Source of the DNA: Patescibacteria group bacterium
GTDB lineage: Bacteria > Patescibacteriota > Minisyncoccia > Moranbacterales > UBA2206
Direction of reading: 5' to 3'
Assembly (NCBI GenBank): GCA_022711335.1
Contig: JAKLFF010000002.1
Coordinates: 17,441-81,440 of the forward strand
Length of the DNA: 64,000 bases
Shown here piece by piece: positions 18,369 to 28,742 of this stretch. The notes beneath the pieces were generated by a model. That model saw only the letters and a program-made list of their open reading frames with translations, was not told the origin of the DNA and made no database searches. Made by a program: the position numbers and the translations under genes. Each line of letters starts with the position of its first letter. Position 1 is the first letter of the stretch.

Positions 18369-19247
18369 CTAAAAGTCCATAAATAAATTTTCCAAAACCA
18401 GCCTGGGATTAGAATTGGTTTCGCGCATAATTTCAACGCTTTTTTGAGTTTGTTCCAAAAATTTGAATATCTTTTCCGAAGGGCAGGAAAACATTTTTTT
18501 TCGCCCGATTAGATTTTCTCTCAAAAGAACAACCCACCAGCCGAGTTTTTCCATTAAAGCCGAAGAATCCTTGCTCATTTTTTCAGCCAAGGAAAATCTT
18601 TCAGAAATATTTGAAGCAGGCAGTCCGGCCAGCTCCTTTTCGGCTTCTCTCCGGCTTTCCAATTCTTTTGGATTTTCCAAAAGCGCCTTTGCCAGCCCCG
18701 GACGCCCCAATGACCAAAAAATTATTTCTTCGCCATTTTCTAAATTAGCTGGCAATATTTTTCTTATCTCTCTTTCCGAAACCGGACTGAATTTTTTCAA
18801 AACGCACCGCGATATTATTGTCGGCAGAATTTTATTAAGATTTGCGGCAATAAGGATTATTGCCACTTTTTCCGCCGGCTCTTCCAGAATTTTAAGCATG
18901 GCATTTTGAGCAGATTTGTTCATCCTGTCAGCATCATCTACTATCGCTATTTTATATTTTCCAAAATGCGAAGTCATTCTAAGCTGGTGCTGCAATTCTC
19001 TTATTTTCTCTATTTTTATTTCCTTTTTTCTGATAATTCCCTTGCTTTCATCCGTATCCGGCCCTATCACGATTATATCCGGATTAACTTCCCTGCTGTT
19101 TCCGGCCAGCCTCTCGGCAAAACCAAGCGCTACGCCGAACTTGCCCAGATGCTGAGGCCCGGCAAAAATATACGCGTGAGAAACAGCGCCTCTTTCAATG
19201 CTTCTAAGTAAAATTTTTTGTATTTTTTGATGGCCAACGATATTCAT
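18369..19247 (-). CDS. holB: DNA polymerase III subunit delta-prime
   Basis: HAYIFAGPQHLGK ... KIAIVDDADRMNKSAQNAMLKILEEP clamp-loader motifs. The start is probably MNIVGHQ, and the ORF could extend to 19268. Confidence 0.8.
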   Translation of the reverse strand: MNIVGHQKIQKILLRSIERGAVSHAYIFAGPQHLGKFGVALGFAERLAGNSREVNPDIIVIGPDTDESKGIIRKKEIKIEKIRELQHQLRMTSHFGKYKIAIVDDADRMNKSAQNAMLKILEEPAEKVAIILIAANLNKILPTIISRCVLKKFSPVSEREIRKILPANLENGEEIIFWSLGRPGLAKALLENPKELESRREAEKELAGLPASNISERFSLAEKMSKDSSALMEKLGWWVVLLRENLIGRKKMFSCPSEKIFKFLEQTQKSVEIMRETNSNPRLVLENLFMDF

Positions 19248-19321
19248 GGAACATGGAACATACAGCATACAACATAAGAAAAAATAGCGGTTTGTGCCGA
19301 ATATGCTACATGTTGTATGTT

Positions 19322-20452
19322 TTATGCTATGTGATTAATATATTCTTCCAATTCCCTCTTAAACCTCTCTTTGCTAAACTCCTGCGCTTTATTGATTATC
19401 ACCTGCCTGTCATATTCTTTTTCTTTTTCCATAAACCTCCGGATGCAGTCCGCAACGACTTCAGCAGTTTGCGCGCCAAAAAATTCCCCGGTAATTCCTT
19501 CAGAAACTATCTCCTTTGCTCCGCCTTTTCGGATAGCCAAAACCGGCACGCCATGCATCATAGCTTCAACTGGCGCTATTCCAAAATCATCAACGGTTGG
19601 AAAAATAAAAGCGCGCGCGTTCTCATAATATTTAGAAATTTTTTCATCCGGAAGCCAGCCCAGAAATCTGATGTTTTTGTTCGCAATCGATTCCAGATGT
19701 TTTCGCTCTCCTCCCTCACCGATAATAATCAGCGGCAATTCCAGCTTATTAAAAGCTTCGATAACACAGTTTATTCTTTTATAAGCCGACAGCCGTGAAA
19801 CAATCAGAAAATAACCTTCTTTTTTCCCCTTCTCCCCTTGGGAGAAGGTGCCCGAAGGGCGGATGAGGGACAAACTGCCTACCGGAGGATATATTGCAAT
19901 ACTCTTTCTTCGATAATACTTCTCAATCCTATCTTTTGTATATTTCGAATTAGCAATCAAATAGTCCGGCCGATCCGCCGCTGATTTGTCCCAGATGCGA
20001 AGATAGGTAAGAAGCGGGCGGATAAAAAAATTTAATTTCTCCTTTCTATTTTCAGCCAAATATTTTTCGCTATAATCCCAAACAAACCGCATCGGGCTAT
20101 GGATATAAGCTATATGCTTAGTGTTAAGCTTAGTTACTATCCCCTTGCTCCAAGCTCCCGATGAAGAAATTATCAGATCATAATCGCGAAGATCGAATGT
20201 TTCCGGAGCCACCGGAAAAAGAGGCAAAAGCCAGCGGTATCTTTTTCTCAAAAACTTAGGGAATTTTTGGAGGAAAGAAGTGTGAATTTGACGGTTTTCA
20301 AACTTTCCTCGCATTTTTTCCCTGTCATGAAGCAAAGTATAGATTGGAGCATCCGGAAACATCTCCGCCATCACTTCCAAAACCCTCTCCGCCCCGCCAT
20401 ATTGGATGAGAAAATCATGGACTAAAGCTACTTTTAAGTTTTTTTTAAGCAT
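19322..20452 (-). CDS. GT4 (group 1) glycosyltransferase carrying an in-frame GC-rich repeat insertion
   Basis: FLIVSRL...GW LPDE...FIFPT... EGFG-like C-terminal GT-B domain. The peptide SLSLIRPSGTFSQGEKG is encoded by repeat 19824..19869. Confidence 0.8.
   Translation of the reverse strand: MLKKNLKVALVHDFLIQYGGAERVLEVMAEMFPDAPIYTLLHDREKMRGKFENRQIHTSFLQKFPKFLRKRYRWLLPLFPVAPETFDLRDYDLIISSSGAWSKGIVTKLNTKHIAYIHSPMRFVWDYSEKYLAENRKEKLNFFIRPLLTYLRIWDKSAADRPDYLIANSKYTKDRIEKYYRRKSIAIYPPVGSLSLIRPSGTFSQGEKGKKEGYFLIVSRLSAYKRINCVIEAFNKLELPLIIIGEGGERKHLESIANKNIRFLGWLPDEKISKYYENARAFIFPTVDDFGIAPVEAMMHGVPVLAIRKGGAKEIVSEGITGEFFGAQTAEVVADCIRRFMEKEKEYDRQVIINKAQEFSKERFKRELEEYINHIA
19824..19869. repeat. GC-rich palindromic element inserted in-frame inside the GT4 gene
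   Basis: ccccttctccccttgggagaaggtgcccgaagggcggatgaggga. Confidence 0.85.
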
Positions 20453-20625
20453 AGTGTTCCGATTTTCATTTTTTCAACGATTTTTTAAGTTTAATAAGAT
20501 TAATGATATATTGTATGCATAATCTCAGCAGTAGTTAATATTATACTAAAAGTTCATACAACCCACAACTTTTCGTCATTATAATATATCACCAAACTAA
20601 GTTCACATATAAACTAGTTATAGCG

Positions 20626-20656
20626 AAAAAATCACAGCTTCCTGTGATTTTTTTTG
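20626..20656 (-). terminator. bidirectional rho-independent terminator
   Basis: AAAAAATCACAG-CTTC-CTGTGATTTTTTTT, just downstream of the stop of 20674..21801. Confidence 0.7.
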
Positions 20657-20673
20657 TTTAAGCATTGTATTTA

Positions 20674-21801
20674 TTATTTTTCCCTCAAGATTCTGGCGGT
20701 TTCATCCGCGCATTTTTTCCAGCTGAATCTTTTGACATTCTCATGCCCTTTTCCAACTATATCATCTTTCAAACCTTTATCGCTAATAAGCCTGAAAGCG
20801 GCATCAGCAATGGATTCCGGCTTATACGGATCGGTATAAAGCACGCTATCACCTCCGACTTCCGGAAGCGAGGAAATGTTGGATGTAACAACTGGCACGC
20901 CCATATTTTGCGCCTCCAGAATCGGCAGTCCGAATCCTTCATAGAAAGTTGGAAACAAAAATGCATCTGCATTTTTTATGAGCTCTCCCTTTTCTTCATC
21001 TTTCACAAATCCTGGTAAAATTATATCTGCTTTATGCTTGCTATGTTCTATTTTATTTTTTATGCTTTCCGCTCCATAACCGAACTTTCCAGCCAATATT
21101 AATTTATGCAGTATTTTATGTTTTTCTTTCAATATTTCAAAAGCCGAAACAATTCCTTCGATATTCTTTCTCTTTTCAAGCCGGCCGATAAAGAGTAAAT
21201 GGGGCTCTTTAATTTGGGATTTTTTTGGAAATTGGAAATTGGAAATTGGAAATTCTTGGTTGACTCCCTCATAAATCACTTCTATTTTCCCCTCCGGAAC
21301 CTTGTATAACCTCATTAGATCTTTTTTGGTATTATTAGAAACGGCTATGACAGTCTTCGCCCATCGGCAGGAAAATTTGATTGACCACCGCATATATAAC
21401 TGTTCCCAAAAAGAATAAGCCTCTGGACAAAATTCATATTCCAGTCCGTGAATGGTAACAATTGTATTTTTTGGATGAACAATCGGCACAACATGTGCCG
21501 GGATAAAAAGAACATCCGCAGGGTGAAACAGCAACTCCAAAGATAATCCTATTTGCGTCCATAAATAGGGAAATTTTATTATTTTTACTTTCCAATTTTT
21601 TGGTATTTCTAACTCTTCACTTTTTAATTTTGAATTGTCATTTTGACTTTTAATTTTTGATTTTTGATTTTTTTTAATATACAAAACAACCTGGTCGTTC
21701 CCCAGCTTATTTCGCAAATGTTTTATAACTTGATATGAATATTCTTCTATCCCGGTGCGATTTTTTTGAAAAGCGCGGGAAGCGTCGATACCAACTATCA
21801 T
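20674..21801 (-). CDS. GT4 (group 1) glycosyltransferase with low-complexity in-frame insertions
   Basis: EGFGLPILEAQNMGVPVVTSN...PEV C-terminal GT4 motifs. Contains the tandem ggaaattg repeats at 21215..21255 and the AT-rich element at 21600..21680. Confidence 0.8.
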   Translation of the reverse strand: MIVGIDASRAFQKNRTGIEEYSYQVIKHLRNKLGNDQVVLYIKKNQKSKIKSQNDNSKLKSEELEIPKNWKVKIIKFPYLWTQIGLSLELLFHPADVLFIPAHVVPIVHPKNTIVTIHGLEYEFCPEAYSFWEQLYMRWSIKFSCRWAKTVIAVSNNTKKDLMRLYKVPEGKIEVIYEGVNQEFPISNFQFPKKSQIKEPHLLFIGRLEKRKNIEGIVSAFEILKEKHKILHKLILAGKFGYGAESIKNKIEHSKHKADIILPGFVKDEEKGELIKNADAFLFPTFYEGFGLPILEAQNMGVPVVTSNISSLPEVGGDSVLYTDPYKPESIADAAFRLISDKGLKDDIVGKGHENVKRFSWKKCADETARILREK

Positions 21802-21915
21802 AATTTTTAAATTTTGTAATTTTTAATTTTATAAATAATATTTTAATGCTTTAATTTTTAAACATTAAAAATTTATATTTATTTAAAAATTCAAAAATTC
21901 AAAAATTATAAAATT

Positions 21916-22923
21916 CTATTTACTAAGCGTTATCGTCCTCTTGTAAAGCTCCAAATTATCCAGAGCGATTCCGATTCCTTTTACCACGCAAAAGAGCGCG
22001 TCGTCCGCCACATAGCAGGGAACGCCGATGGTTTTTGTGATAAGCTGGTCGAGATTCTTAAGAAGCGCTCCGCCGCCGGAAAGCACCATTCCCTTATCCA
22101 TAATGTCCGCCGCCAGTTCCGGGGGGGTAACTTGCAACACTTTTTTTATCGCATTTATAATTTCCCGAAGTTCGTCCTGGATCGCTTCTGTCACTTCATT
22201 GGCCGAAACTCTCACAGTCTTGGGAAGCCCGCCGGTAAGATCGCGTCCTCGGACATCCATATATTCTTCTTTGACTTGCGCTATGGCCGAACCGATATTC
22301 TTTTTCACATCTTCCGCTGTCCGGTCTCCGATCGCTAAACTGTATTTTCGCTTGATATAGTCAGCGATAGCCTGATCAATTTTGTTTCCTCCGACTCTGG
22401 CACTGTTAGCCGCCACTATTCCGCCCAGAGATATTACCGCCACTTCTGAAGTTCCGCCGCCGATATCAATAATCATATTTCCAGCCGCATTTGCAATGGG
22501 AATCCCTGCCCCGATTGCCGCCAGCATCGGCTCCTTGACGACATAAGCCGCTTTGGCTCCCGCGCGCACCGCCGCGTCGATCACCGCCCTTCTTTCCGTC
22601 GAAGTCACGCCTACCGGAATGGAAATCATCACTTCCGGCCGCACTAGCCGGAATTTTCCGCTAACTTTATTGATAAAATATTTGAGCATTGCTTCCGTGA
22701 TTTTATAGTCCGCAATAACTCCGTCTTTCATCGGACGGCTCGCAAAAATAGTATCGGGTGTGCGCCCCAGCATTTCCTTGGCATCGTTTCCCACCGCCAA
22801 AACCTTGTTTTCCGCGATTGAAATTGCCACCACGCTTGGTTCATTGGCAACGACGCCCTTGCCGGGAACAAAGACTAAAATATTGGCTGTGCCGAGATCG
22901 ATTCCGATTTTTCTAACTAACAT
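21916..22923 (-). CDS. mreB: rod-shape determining protein MreB
   Basis: IGIDLGTANILV...actin-like ATPase motifs; 335 aa. Confidence 0.9.
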   Translation of the reverse strand: MLVRKIGIDLGTANILVFVPGKGVVANEPSVVAISIAENKVLAVGNDAKEMLGRTPDTIFASRPMKDGVIADYKITEAMLKYFINKVSGKFRLVRPEVMISIPVGVTSTERRAVIDAAVRAGAKAAYVVKEPMLAAIGAGIPIANAAGNMIIDIGGGTSEVAVISLGGIVAANSARVGGNKIDQAIADYIKRKYSLAIGDRTAEDVKKNIGSAIAQVKEEYMDVRGRDLTGGLPKTVRVSANEVTEAIQDELREIINAIKKVLQVTPPELAADIMDKGMVLSGGGALLKNLDQLITKTIGVPCYVADDALFCVVKGIGIALDNLELYKRTITLSK

Positions 22924-22928
22924 AAAAA

Positions 22929-23342
22929 TTATTTAATCAAATCTAAATTACCATTAACTATGATTGGCTTAACTGCTTCTATTTCCGTTTTACAATATGG
23001 CATATCGGGAATAGGATTTAACATAAATATTTTCTGGTTAAGGACGTGCGCAAAACCGATTTCCATTAAAGTATTTCCGCCCACATAGTTTTTTATGCCA
23101 TTTTTATCTAAATTCAAAACCAATACCGCATCTGCCCCTTGCATAGTATTCCAGAATTCCCGAATCGCATCCATATTGTATTTTTGATGAAGCTTTATTT
23201 TTTCAATTTCCTCATCGCTCTTTCCGATCATCGCTTTATGTAGATCTGTCACGAAAGCCTCATGTCCTAATGCATTTAATTTATCTCGGTATTCCAACAT
23301 CTTATCAGTAAACTGCATTGAACCAATAATTCCTATTTTCAT
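22929..23342 (-). CDS. hypothetical Rossmann-like protein (possibly nucleoside 2-deoxyribosyltransferase-like)
   Basis: 137 aa. MKIGIIGSMQF...ADAVLVLNLD...GGNTLMEIGFA shows only weak family resemblance. Confidence 0.3.
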   Translation of the reverse strand: MKIGIIGSMQFTDKMLEYRDKLNALGHEAFVTDLHKAMIGKSDEEIEKIKLHQKYNMDAIREFWNTMQGADAVLVLNLDKNGIKNYVGGNTLMEIGFAHVLNQKIFMLNPIPDMPYCKTEIEAVKPIIVNGNLDLIK

Positions 23343-23347
23343 ATATT

Positions 23348-23426
23348 TGTCATTCCCGCGAAAGCGGGAATCTAGTGCAAAGGTTTAAGATACCAAACTG
23401 GATCCCGGGTCAAGCCCGGGATGACA
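23348..23426. mobile_element. 78-bp MITE-like element, copy c
   Basis: tgtcattcccgcgaaagcgggaatctagtg...ctggatcccgggtcaagcccgggatgaca. Confidence 0.8.
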
Positions 23427-23602
23427 ATTACTTAACTTTTTTATCTCCATAATGACTCAGTTCTTCATTATTCGTTCCCTTCATTTTAAACTTCATGTGG
23501 AATTTTTTCGTAGCATTATAATATTCTCTCATTTTGTCATTAGATATTTTGTTGGAAATTAGGAATTGGAAATTGGAAATTTGGACAGTAACTTAAAAAC
23601 AT

Positions 23603-24865
23603 CTAGACTTTCAATCTTCGTATATTTGCCCCTAACTTCTTCAATCTCTTTTCTATCCTTTCATATCCCCTATCCACCTGATAAATTTCATTAATCACTG
23701 ATTTCCCTTCCGCCAAAAGCGCGGCAATGATAAGCGTCGCTCCGGCCCGCAGATCAAAGCTGGTAATTTCCTGGCCAGTTAGTTTTGCCGGACCAGTTAT
23801 TTCTACCCGATGCGGATCAAGAATTTCCGCCTCTGCGCCCATCTTTTTAAGTTCATTTACATAATTAAACCGGCTTTCATAAAGCGAATCATGAATCAAA
23901 GTTTTCCCTTCGGCTTGCGTAGCCAGAACTCCGAATGGCGCCTGGACATCAGATGGCACTCCCGGATAGGTTCGAGTATCAATTTTTGAAACTGCCTTTA
24001 AATTTTCCTCTGGAATAACTTCGATAGAATTTTTTTCAATTTTGAAGTTCGCTCCAAACTCACGCAGTTTTTCCAGCACCAGATCCAGATGGTCTTCCCG
24101 CGTGTTTTTTACGATTATCGGACTCTTGGTTGCCACGCCCATAATTAGAAATGTCGCTGCTTCATTGGCATCAGGAATAATTTTATGTTTAGCGCCGCGT
24201 AAATTTTCTGTGCCTGTAATTTCCAGCGTGTGAGTTCCCAATCCTTTGATTTTGGCTCCCATTTTGATTAGGAACTTGCCTAAATCTTCAACATGAGGTT
24301 CGCAGGCAGCGATTTTTATTATAGTTTTTCCGTCAATTCCAGCAGCCAGCATCATAGCATTTTCGGTGGCCGTTACCGACATCTCGCGCAAAACTATTTT
24401 TGTTGCCTTTCTTCCTTGGGAAGAAATTAAATATTTCTTATCGTCCTGGCCAATTTCGACTCCCATTTTGCGCATCGCATCAAAGTGTGTTCCTAATGGC
24501 CTTGCTCCAATAACGCACCCGCCCGGATGATAAAGATGGAAATTATCGAATCTGGCGCTAAGCGATCCCAAAAGAAGAATCGAGGAACGCAATTTTCTTA
24601 TTTTCTCCGCGTCCATTTTTTCCGAGTCGATGTTTTCACACTTTACGCTTATCTTCCTTTTTCCAAGCCATTTTGTTTCCGCTCCCATGCTTTCCAGAAT
24701 CTCTATCATCCTGAAAACATCCTCAATGAGGGAGATATTGGAAATAACGCATTCATCCTTAGTGAGCAAGGTAGCCGCCAAAATCGGAGTTGCAGCATTT
24801 TTTGAACCTCGCACTTCAATTTCTCCGGCTAGTTTTTTTCCGCCGATTATCTCAAAATTTTCCAT
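23603..24865 (-). CDS. murA: UDP-N-acetylglucosamine 1-carboxyvinyltransferase
   Basis: GGKKLAGEIEVRGSKNAATPILAATLL... EPT-family motifs; 420 aa. Confidence 0.9.
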   Translation of the reverse strand: MENFEIIGGKKLAGEIEVRGSKNAATPILAATLLTKDECVISNISLIEDVFRMIEILESMGAETKWLGKRKISVKCENIDSEKMDAEKIRKLRSSILLLGSLSARFDNFHLYHPGGCVIGARPLGTHFDAMRKMGVEIGQDDKKYLISSQGRKATKIVLREMSVTATENAMMLAAGIDGKTIIKIAACEPHVEDLGKFLIKMGAKIKGLGTHTLEITGTENLRGAKHKIIPDANEAATFLIMGVATKSPIIVKNTREDHLDLVLEKLREFGANFKIEKNSIEVIPEENLKAVSKIDTRTYPGVPSDVQAPFGVLATQAEGKTLIHDSLYESRFNYVNELKKMGAEAEILDPHRVEITGPAKLTGQEITSFDLRAGATLIIAALLAEGKSVINEIYQVDRGYERIEKRLKKLGANIRRLKV

Positions 24866-25069
24866 ATATTAGCCAAATTATTATAATTAAGACTATATCT
24901 AATATAGCCTAGGAGGGAAACAAAATCAACCCAAAGAAAAAAGGAGACTGGCTCCTTTTTTTCCCAATATTTTCATTTTTCTAAGCAAAATATTACAGCT
25001 TTTTTTCTATCTTTTCTATGACATTTAACAAGATTTGGTTTATTGCACTTGAATTATACAACTAAAATA

Positions 25070-26284
25070 CTAATCCATCAACTTCTCATAATTATCCGCC
25101 CAGTAGAGAACTTTTTCTCCATAATTCACGCCCTTTGAATCGCAATAAGACGCCCAGTTTCCTCCGGCCAGATAGACGCAATATGCCTTAGCTTCGGCGC
25201 TTTCTTTATGCGCTGTCACACCGGAGACCTTGGAAAGTTTAAGCGCCATTGCCACTACTCCGTCAGTCAAACTCCATGGATCAGGCGGATTATGGCCCGT
25301 TACGGAAGCAATCGAGCTTTTATATCCTTTCCACGTATCCGGCATAAATTGGGCTACGCCCATCGCTCCTCCTGTTCCTTTATATCCGGAAGGCGGGCAG
25401 GAAACTTTCTGCTTTTGATAATTGTAATCCAGTTCTTTGCAGATACTTTTGAATATTTCCGCTCTTGCTCCGCTCATCCGGCTTTCCTTAAAATTACATC
25501 CGCCGGTATAGCGTCCGAGATTGGATTCAACCACCAAAACTCCCAAAAGGTAATCTTTCCTGACGCCGGTAACCTTGGCGGCAAATCCTGCCGCATCGAT
25601 AATATTTTTGAAGCTTACCGAGCTTCCCAATAAACTTGAAAGTTCGCCTCTCAATTTGTTTATTTTGGCATTAAGCTCGGAAAGCGAAGATTGAGCTTTG
25701 CTGATATCCGTTTTTATTTCATACTGCTGCCCTTTTTGAACCGATAGCAATTTTTCATGATCTTCTTTTTTTTCAGAGAGATCCTTCTTGGCTTTTTCTG
25801 ATTCTTCCTTAGAGCTGTTAATTTCATCAAGAATGGCGAGTATTTTCTCTTTGATTCCCATCATTTGATCAACATTTTCAGAAATGTCATTTAAGTCATT
25901 TTCTTTTAAAAGCAATTCAGTGAGAGGTTCTTGATCATTCCAGTATAATTCCTGCAAATATCCTTTTAATAAATTCTTATTGAGCTCCATCCTTTTTTCC
26001 ATTTCTTCCAGCTCTTTTTCCTTTCTCGATATTTCAGTTTCGGTTTTTTGAATTAAACTTTGTGTGGTGCCGATCTGCGCCTGGGTTTTTTGGAGATTTC
26101 CCTGAGCATTCTGAAGCTGCTTCTCAACCGCTTCTTTTTTGTTTTCGTATTTGTCAATTTTATCCTGAATATCCTCGGCATCTTCTGCCGCCCATGAATT
26201 ATTGCCAAACGCAAGAACATCCGCCAAAAAAAAGGCAGCTACAAAAAATGACAAAATTATTTTCTTTTTATTCATATGGCGCAT
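25070..26284 (-). CDS. secreted coiled-coil protein with a C-terminal lytic transglycosylase (SLT)-like domain
   Basis: Signal peptide, a long coiled-coil region, then GAMGVAQFMPDTW, an SLT catalytic-region motif. Confidence 0.6.
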   Translation of the reverse strand: MRHMNKKKIILSFFVAAFFLADVLAFGNNSWAAEDAEDIQDKIDKYENKKEAVEKQLQNAQGNLQKTQAQIGTTQSLIQKTETEISRKEKELEEMEKRMELNKNLLKGYLQELYWNDQEPLTELLLKENDLNDISENVDQMMGIKEKILAILDEINSSKEESEKAKKDLSEKKEDHEKLLSVQKGQQYEIKTDISKAQSSLSELNAKINKLRGELSSLLGSSVSFKNIIDAAGFAAKVTGVRKDYLLGVLVVESNLGRYTGGCNFKESRMSGARAEIFKSICKELDYNYQKQKVSCPPSGYKGTGGAMGVAQFMPDTWKGYKSSIASVTGHNPPDPWSLTDGVVAMALKLSKVSGVTAHKESAEAKAYCVYLAGGNWASYCDSKGVNYGEKVLYWADNYEKLMD

Positions 26285-26313
26285 AGCTTTCCAAAAATTC
26301 CGCGCTCGATAAA

Positions 26314-26580
26314 TTAATGTCCCGCTTCAACGCAAAACATCCCCGGCTGGCAAGTTGATGTATTTGCAATTATCCTGGCTCCAACCGTTTCGGATAATAT
26401 ATTTTCCGTTTCTTTTTGTCCAAAAAATTCCTGCGAATCTCTATAAACTCCCGAAGACATATCGTCTATTTTTATATTGGGAGAGTCCGGGTAAGCGGCC
26501 CGCAAAGATCTGAAAACTAAATTGGCTATCTTTCCGGAATCCGACACTATTCCATTTTTCGGACTTGCCACTTTCATCAA
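26314..26580 (-). CDS. hypothetical protein (TTG start)
   Basis: 88-aa ORF preceded by aaaggagag. No homology could be inferred. Confidence 0.3.
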   Translation of the reverse strand: MMKVASPKNGIVSDSGKIANLVFRSLRAAYPDSPNIKIDDMSSGVYRDSQEFFGQKETENILSETVGARIIANTSTCQPGMFCVEAGH

Positions 26581-26783
26581 TATCTCTCCTTTTTCCGGCC
26601 TGTTTTCGACAATCTCGCAAGGTTTTTCCTTAAAGACACATGACCCTTTTTGCTTAAAAACAGATTCGTCAAAATCCCATATTTCCAGCTTGAACTCCTG
26701 GGGATCATATTTTATTGAAACAACGGCAGAGGATAAATTTTTTATTTTGACTCGTCTATTATACCAAATTTATGCAAAATTCA

Positions 26784-26816
26784 AAAGCCGCTTCAGTCTA
26801 AACCAAAGCGGCTTTT
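26784..26816 (-). terminator. hairpin terminator downstream of rplY
   Basis: AAAGCCGCTT-12 nt-AAGCGGCTTT with flanking T/A runs; may act in both directions. Confidence 0.45.
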
Positions 26817-26828
26817 TTATTTCAAGAT

Positions 26829-27515
26829 TTATTCCTTCTCTTTTTTATCTTCTGCCTTTCCTTCTCCCTCTTCTGCTGGAGTATCTTCCTTAATTACTCC
26901 TTCAACTTTTGATACGTCTTCCTCAACTTTTTCATCCAACTTGCCCAGATCTTCCTCGCTTCGAGGAGGAGCCACAAGAGCTACGACTGTTTCCGGATCA
27001 AGATCAATTTCCACCTTATCCGAAATTTTGAGATCCTTTCCGCAAATTCTGTCATCAAAAGTTTTAAGCACGGAAATATCCACATCAATATGGGACGGCA
27101 AATCGCCCGGAAAGCATTTCACCCCTATTTCATCTATATTTCGCACAAGCACTCCGCCCAAATCGCGGACGGCCGGAGACTCCCCTATAAATTCCAATTC
27201 CACTTCAGTCTCGATTTTTTCATCCATTCTTACCTGGAAAAAATCAGCATGAATTATGCTGCCAGAAACCGGATCGCGCTGAATTTCATAAATTATCACA
27301 TTGCATCCCGCCTTTTTGTCAATTTCCAGATTTATCATGGTACTTTCCCCTGATTTTTTGAGAAGCTTTTTAAAATCGGCGGCATTGACCCAAAGGCTTA
27401 TGGATTTTATTCCCTTGCCGTAAACCACTGCCGGAATCAAGCCGCTTTTCCGCATTTTATTAACTTTCTTGCCAAAAACATCCCTGATTTTGGCCTTAAG
27501 ATCTATTTTTTCCAT
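26829..27515 (-). CDS. rplY: 50S ribosomal protein L25 / general stress protein Ctc
   Basis: LKAKIRDVFGKKVNKMRKSGLIPAVVYGKG is the L25 N-terminal domain, followed by an acidic C-terminal tail. The start is trimmed to MEKIDLK. Confidence 0.85.
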   Translation of the reverse strand: MEKIDLKAKIRDVFGKKVNKMRKSGLIPAVVYGKGIKSISLWVNAADFKKLLKKSGESTMINLEIDKKAGCNVIIYEIQRDPVSGSIIHADFFQVRMDEKIETEVELEFIGESPAVRDLGGVLVRNIDEIGVKCFPGDLPSHIDVDISVLKTFDDRICGKDLKISDKVEIDLDPETVVALVAPPRSEEDLGKLDEKVEEDVSKVEGVIKEDTPAEEGEGKAEDKKEKE

Positions 27516-27602
27516 TGTATTTCGCCTTACCTGCCCCGCCCTGGCGGAGTCTCTCAAGCAAATAAATATTATACGTCTTACGATTCTAGCACAACACGGC
27601 CT

Positions 27603-28730
27603 CTAGTCAAGCTGGCGAATATCTTTTGTTCTTTTTGAATAAATATTTTGAACAATACCTAGAGCAGCCAGAGTCACAACCAAAGAACTCCCTCCATAGC
27701 TCAATAGTGGAAGAGGCACTCCGGCTACAGGCATAATTCCCACATTCATTCCGATATTGATGAACATCTGGAGAAAAATCATTGTCATCACTCCGACTGT
27801 TATCAGATAGCCCAGATTATCCCTGGCAAGCCTGGCAGTTTCTTTCATCCGATAAAACAAAAATCCGAAAAGAATGAAGATAATCGCCGAACCGAAAAAA
27901 CCCATTTCTTCAGAAATTACGGCAAATATAAAATCCGTATGCTTTTCCGGAAGAAAATTAAGCTGAGACTGCGATCCATGTCCGAATCCTTTTCCAAAAA
28001 GCTGGCCGGAGCCAACTGCCACCATAGACTGGATAGCATTGTATCCGCTTCCCCGGGGATTTCTGCCCGGGTCTACGAAGTTTAAAATTCTTTCTTTTTG
28101 ATAGTCTTTTATAAGAAGCCATCCGGATGCAGCTGAAATAAAAAATATAAAAAAAAGCACTGCTAAGTTTTTCCTATCCAACCCGCAAACGGACAACATT
28201 ACTGCCCAGACCCCGACAATAATAGCCGCTGATCCGAAATCCGGCTGGCGGAGAATAAGAAAAACAGGAATAAAGACCAGAATTATAGAAGCTATCGTTC
28301 TTACTGCTATGCTCAGCTGCGTTTTCTTCTGGCTCAAAAAACTGGCTAAAAAAATTACCATAACCAGCTTGACTATTTCGACAGGCTGAAACCGAAGCGT
28401 CCCCAACCCGATCCATCCCGTTGTTCCGCGGACAGTTTTCCCAAAAAAAATAACCAGAGCCAGAAGAATGGAAATCCCAAAATACATTTTAGTTGAATAC
28501 GATCCCAAAACTCTGTAATCATAATAAGCCAGAAAAAACATCAGGACTATCCCCAGGCAACAAGAAACAAGCTGCTTTTTAAAGTTAACTGCTCCTGCAT
28601 TCTGATCGCCCAAGGAAAGGCCGTAAAGAGCCAAAAGCCCCAGTCCTAAAAGCAAAAAAACTGAAACAAACATTGCCCAGTCAATTTTTACAAATTTATT
28701 CATGGCGAATATGCAATATACAAGCTCCAA
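27603..28730 (-). CDS. SEDS-family peptidoglycan glycosyltransferase (FtsW/RodA)
   Basis: Ten-transmembrane-helix topology with characteristic motifs (QPDFGSA..., LPEKHTDFIFAVISEE, GGSS). Confidence 0.85.
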   Translation of the reverse strand: MELVYCIFAMNKFVKIDWAMFVSVFLLLGLGLLALYGLSLGDQNAGAVNFKKQLVSCCLGIVLMFFLAYYDYRVLGSYSTKMYFGISILLALVIFFGKTVRGTTGWIGLGTLRFQPVEIVKLVMVIFLASFLSQKKTQLSIAVRTIASIILVFIPVFLILRQPDFGSAAIIVGVWAVMLSVCGLDRKNLAVLFFIFFISAASGWLLIKDYQKERILNFVDPGRNPRGSGYNAIQSMVAVGSGQLFGKGFGHGSQSQLNFLPEKHTDFIFAVISEEMGFFGSAIIFILFGFLFYRMKETARLARDNLGYLITVGVMTMIFLQMFINIGMNVGIMPVAGVPLPLLSYGGSSLVVTLAALGIVQNIYSKRTKDIRQLD

Positions 28731-28742
28731 AAACCAAGCGGT

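Noticed and set aside
21200-21270. Possible CRISPR array from the ggaaattg-type repeats
   Set aside because: The unit is 8 bp with no spacers, there are no cas genes, and some tracts are in-frame inside a CDS. These are simple tandem repeats, not CRISPR.
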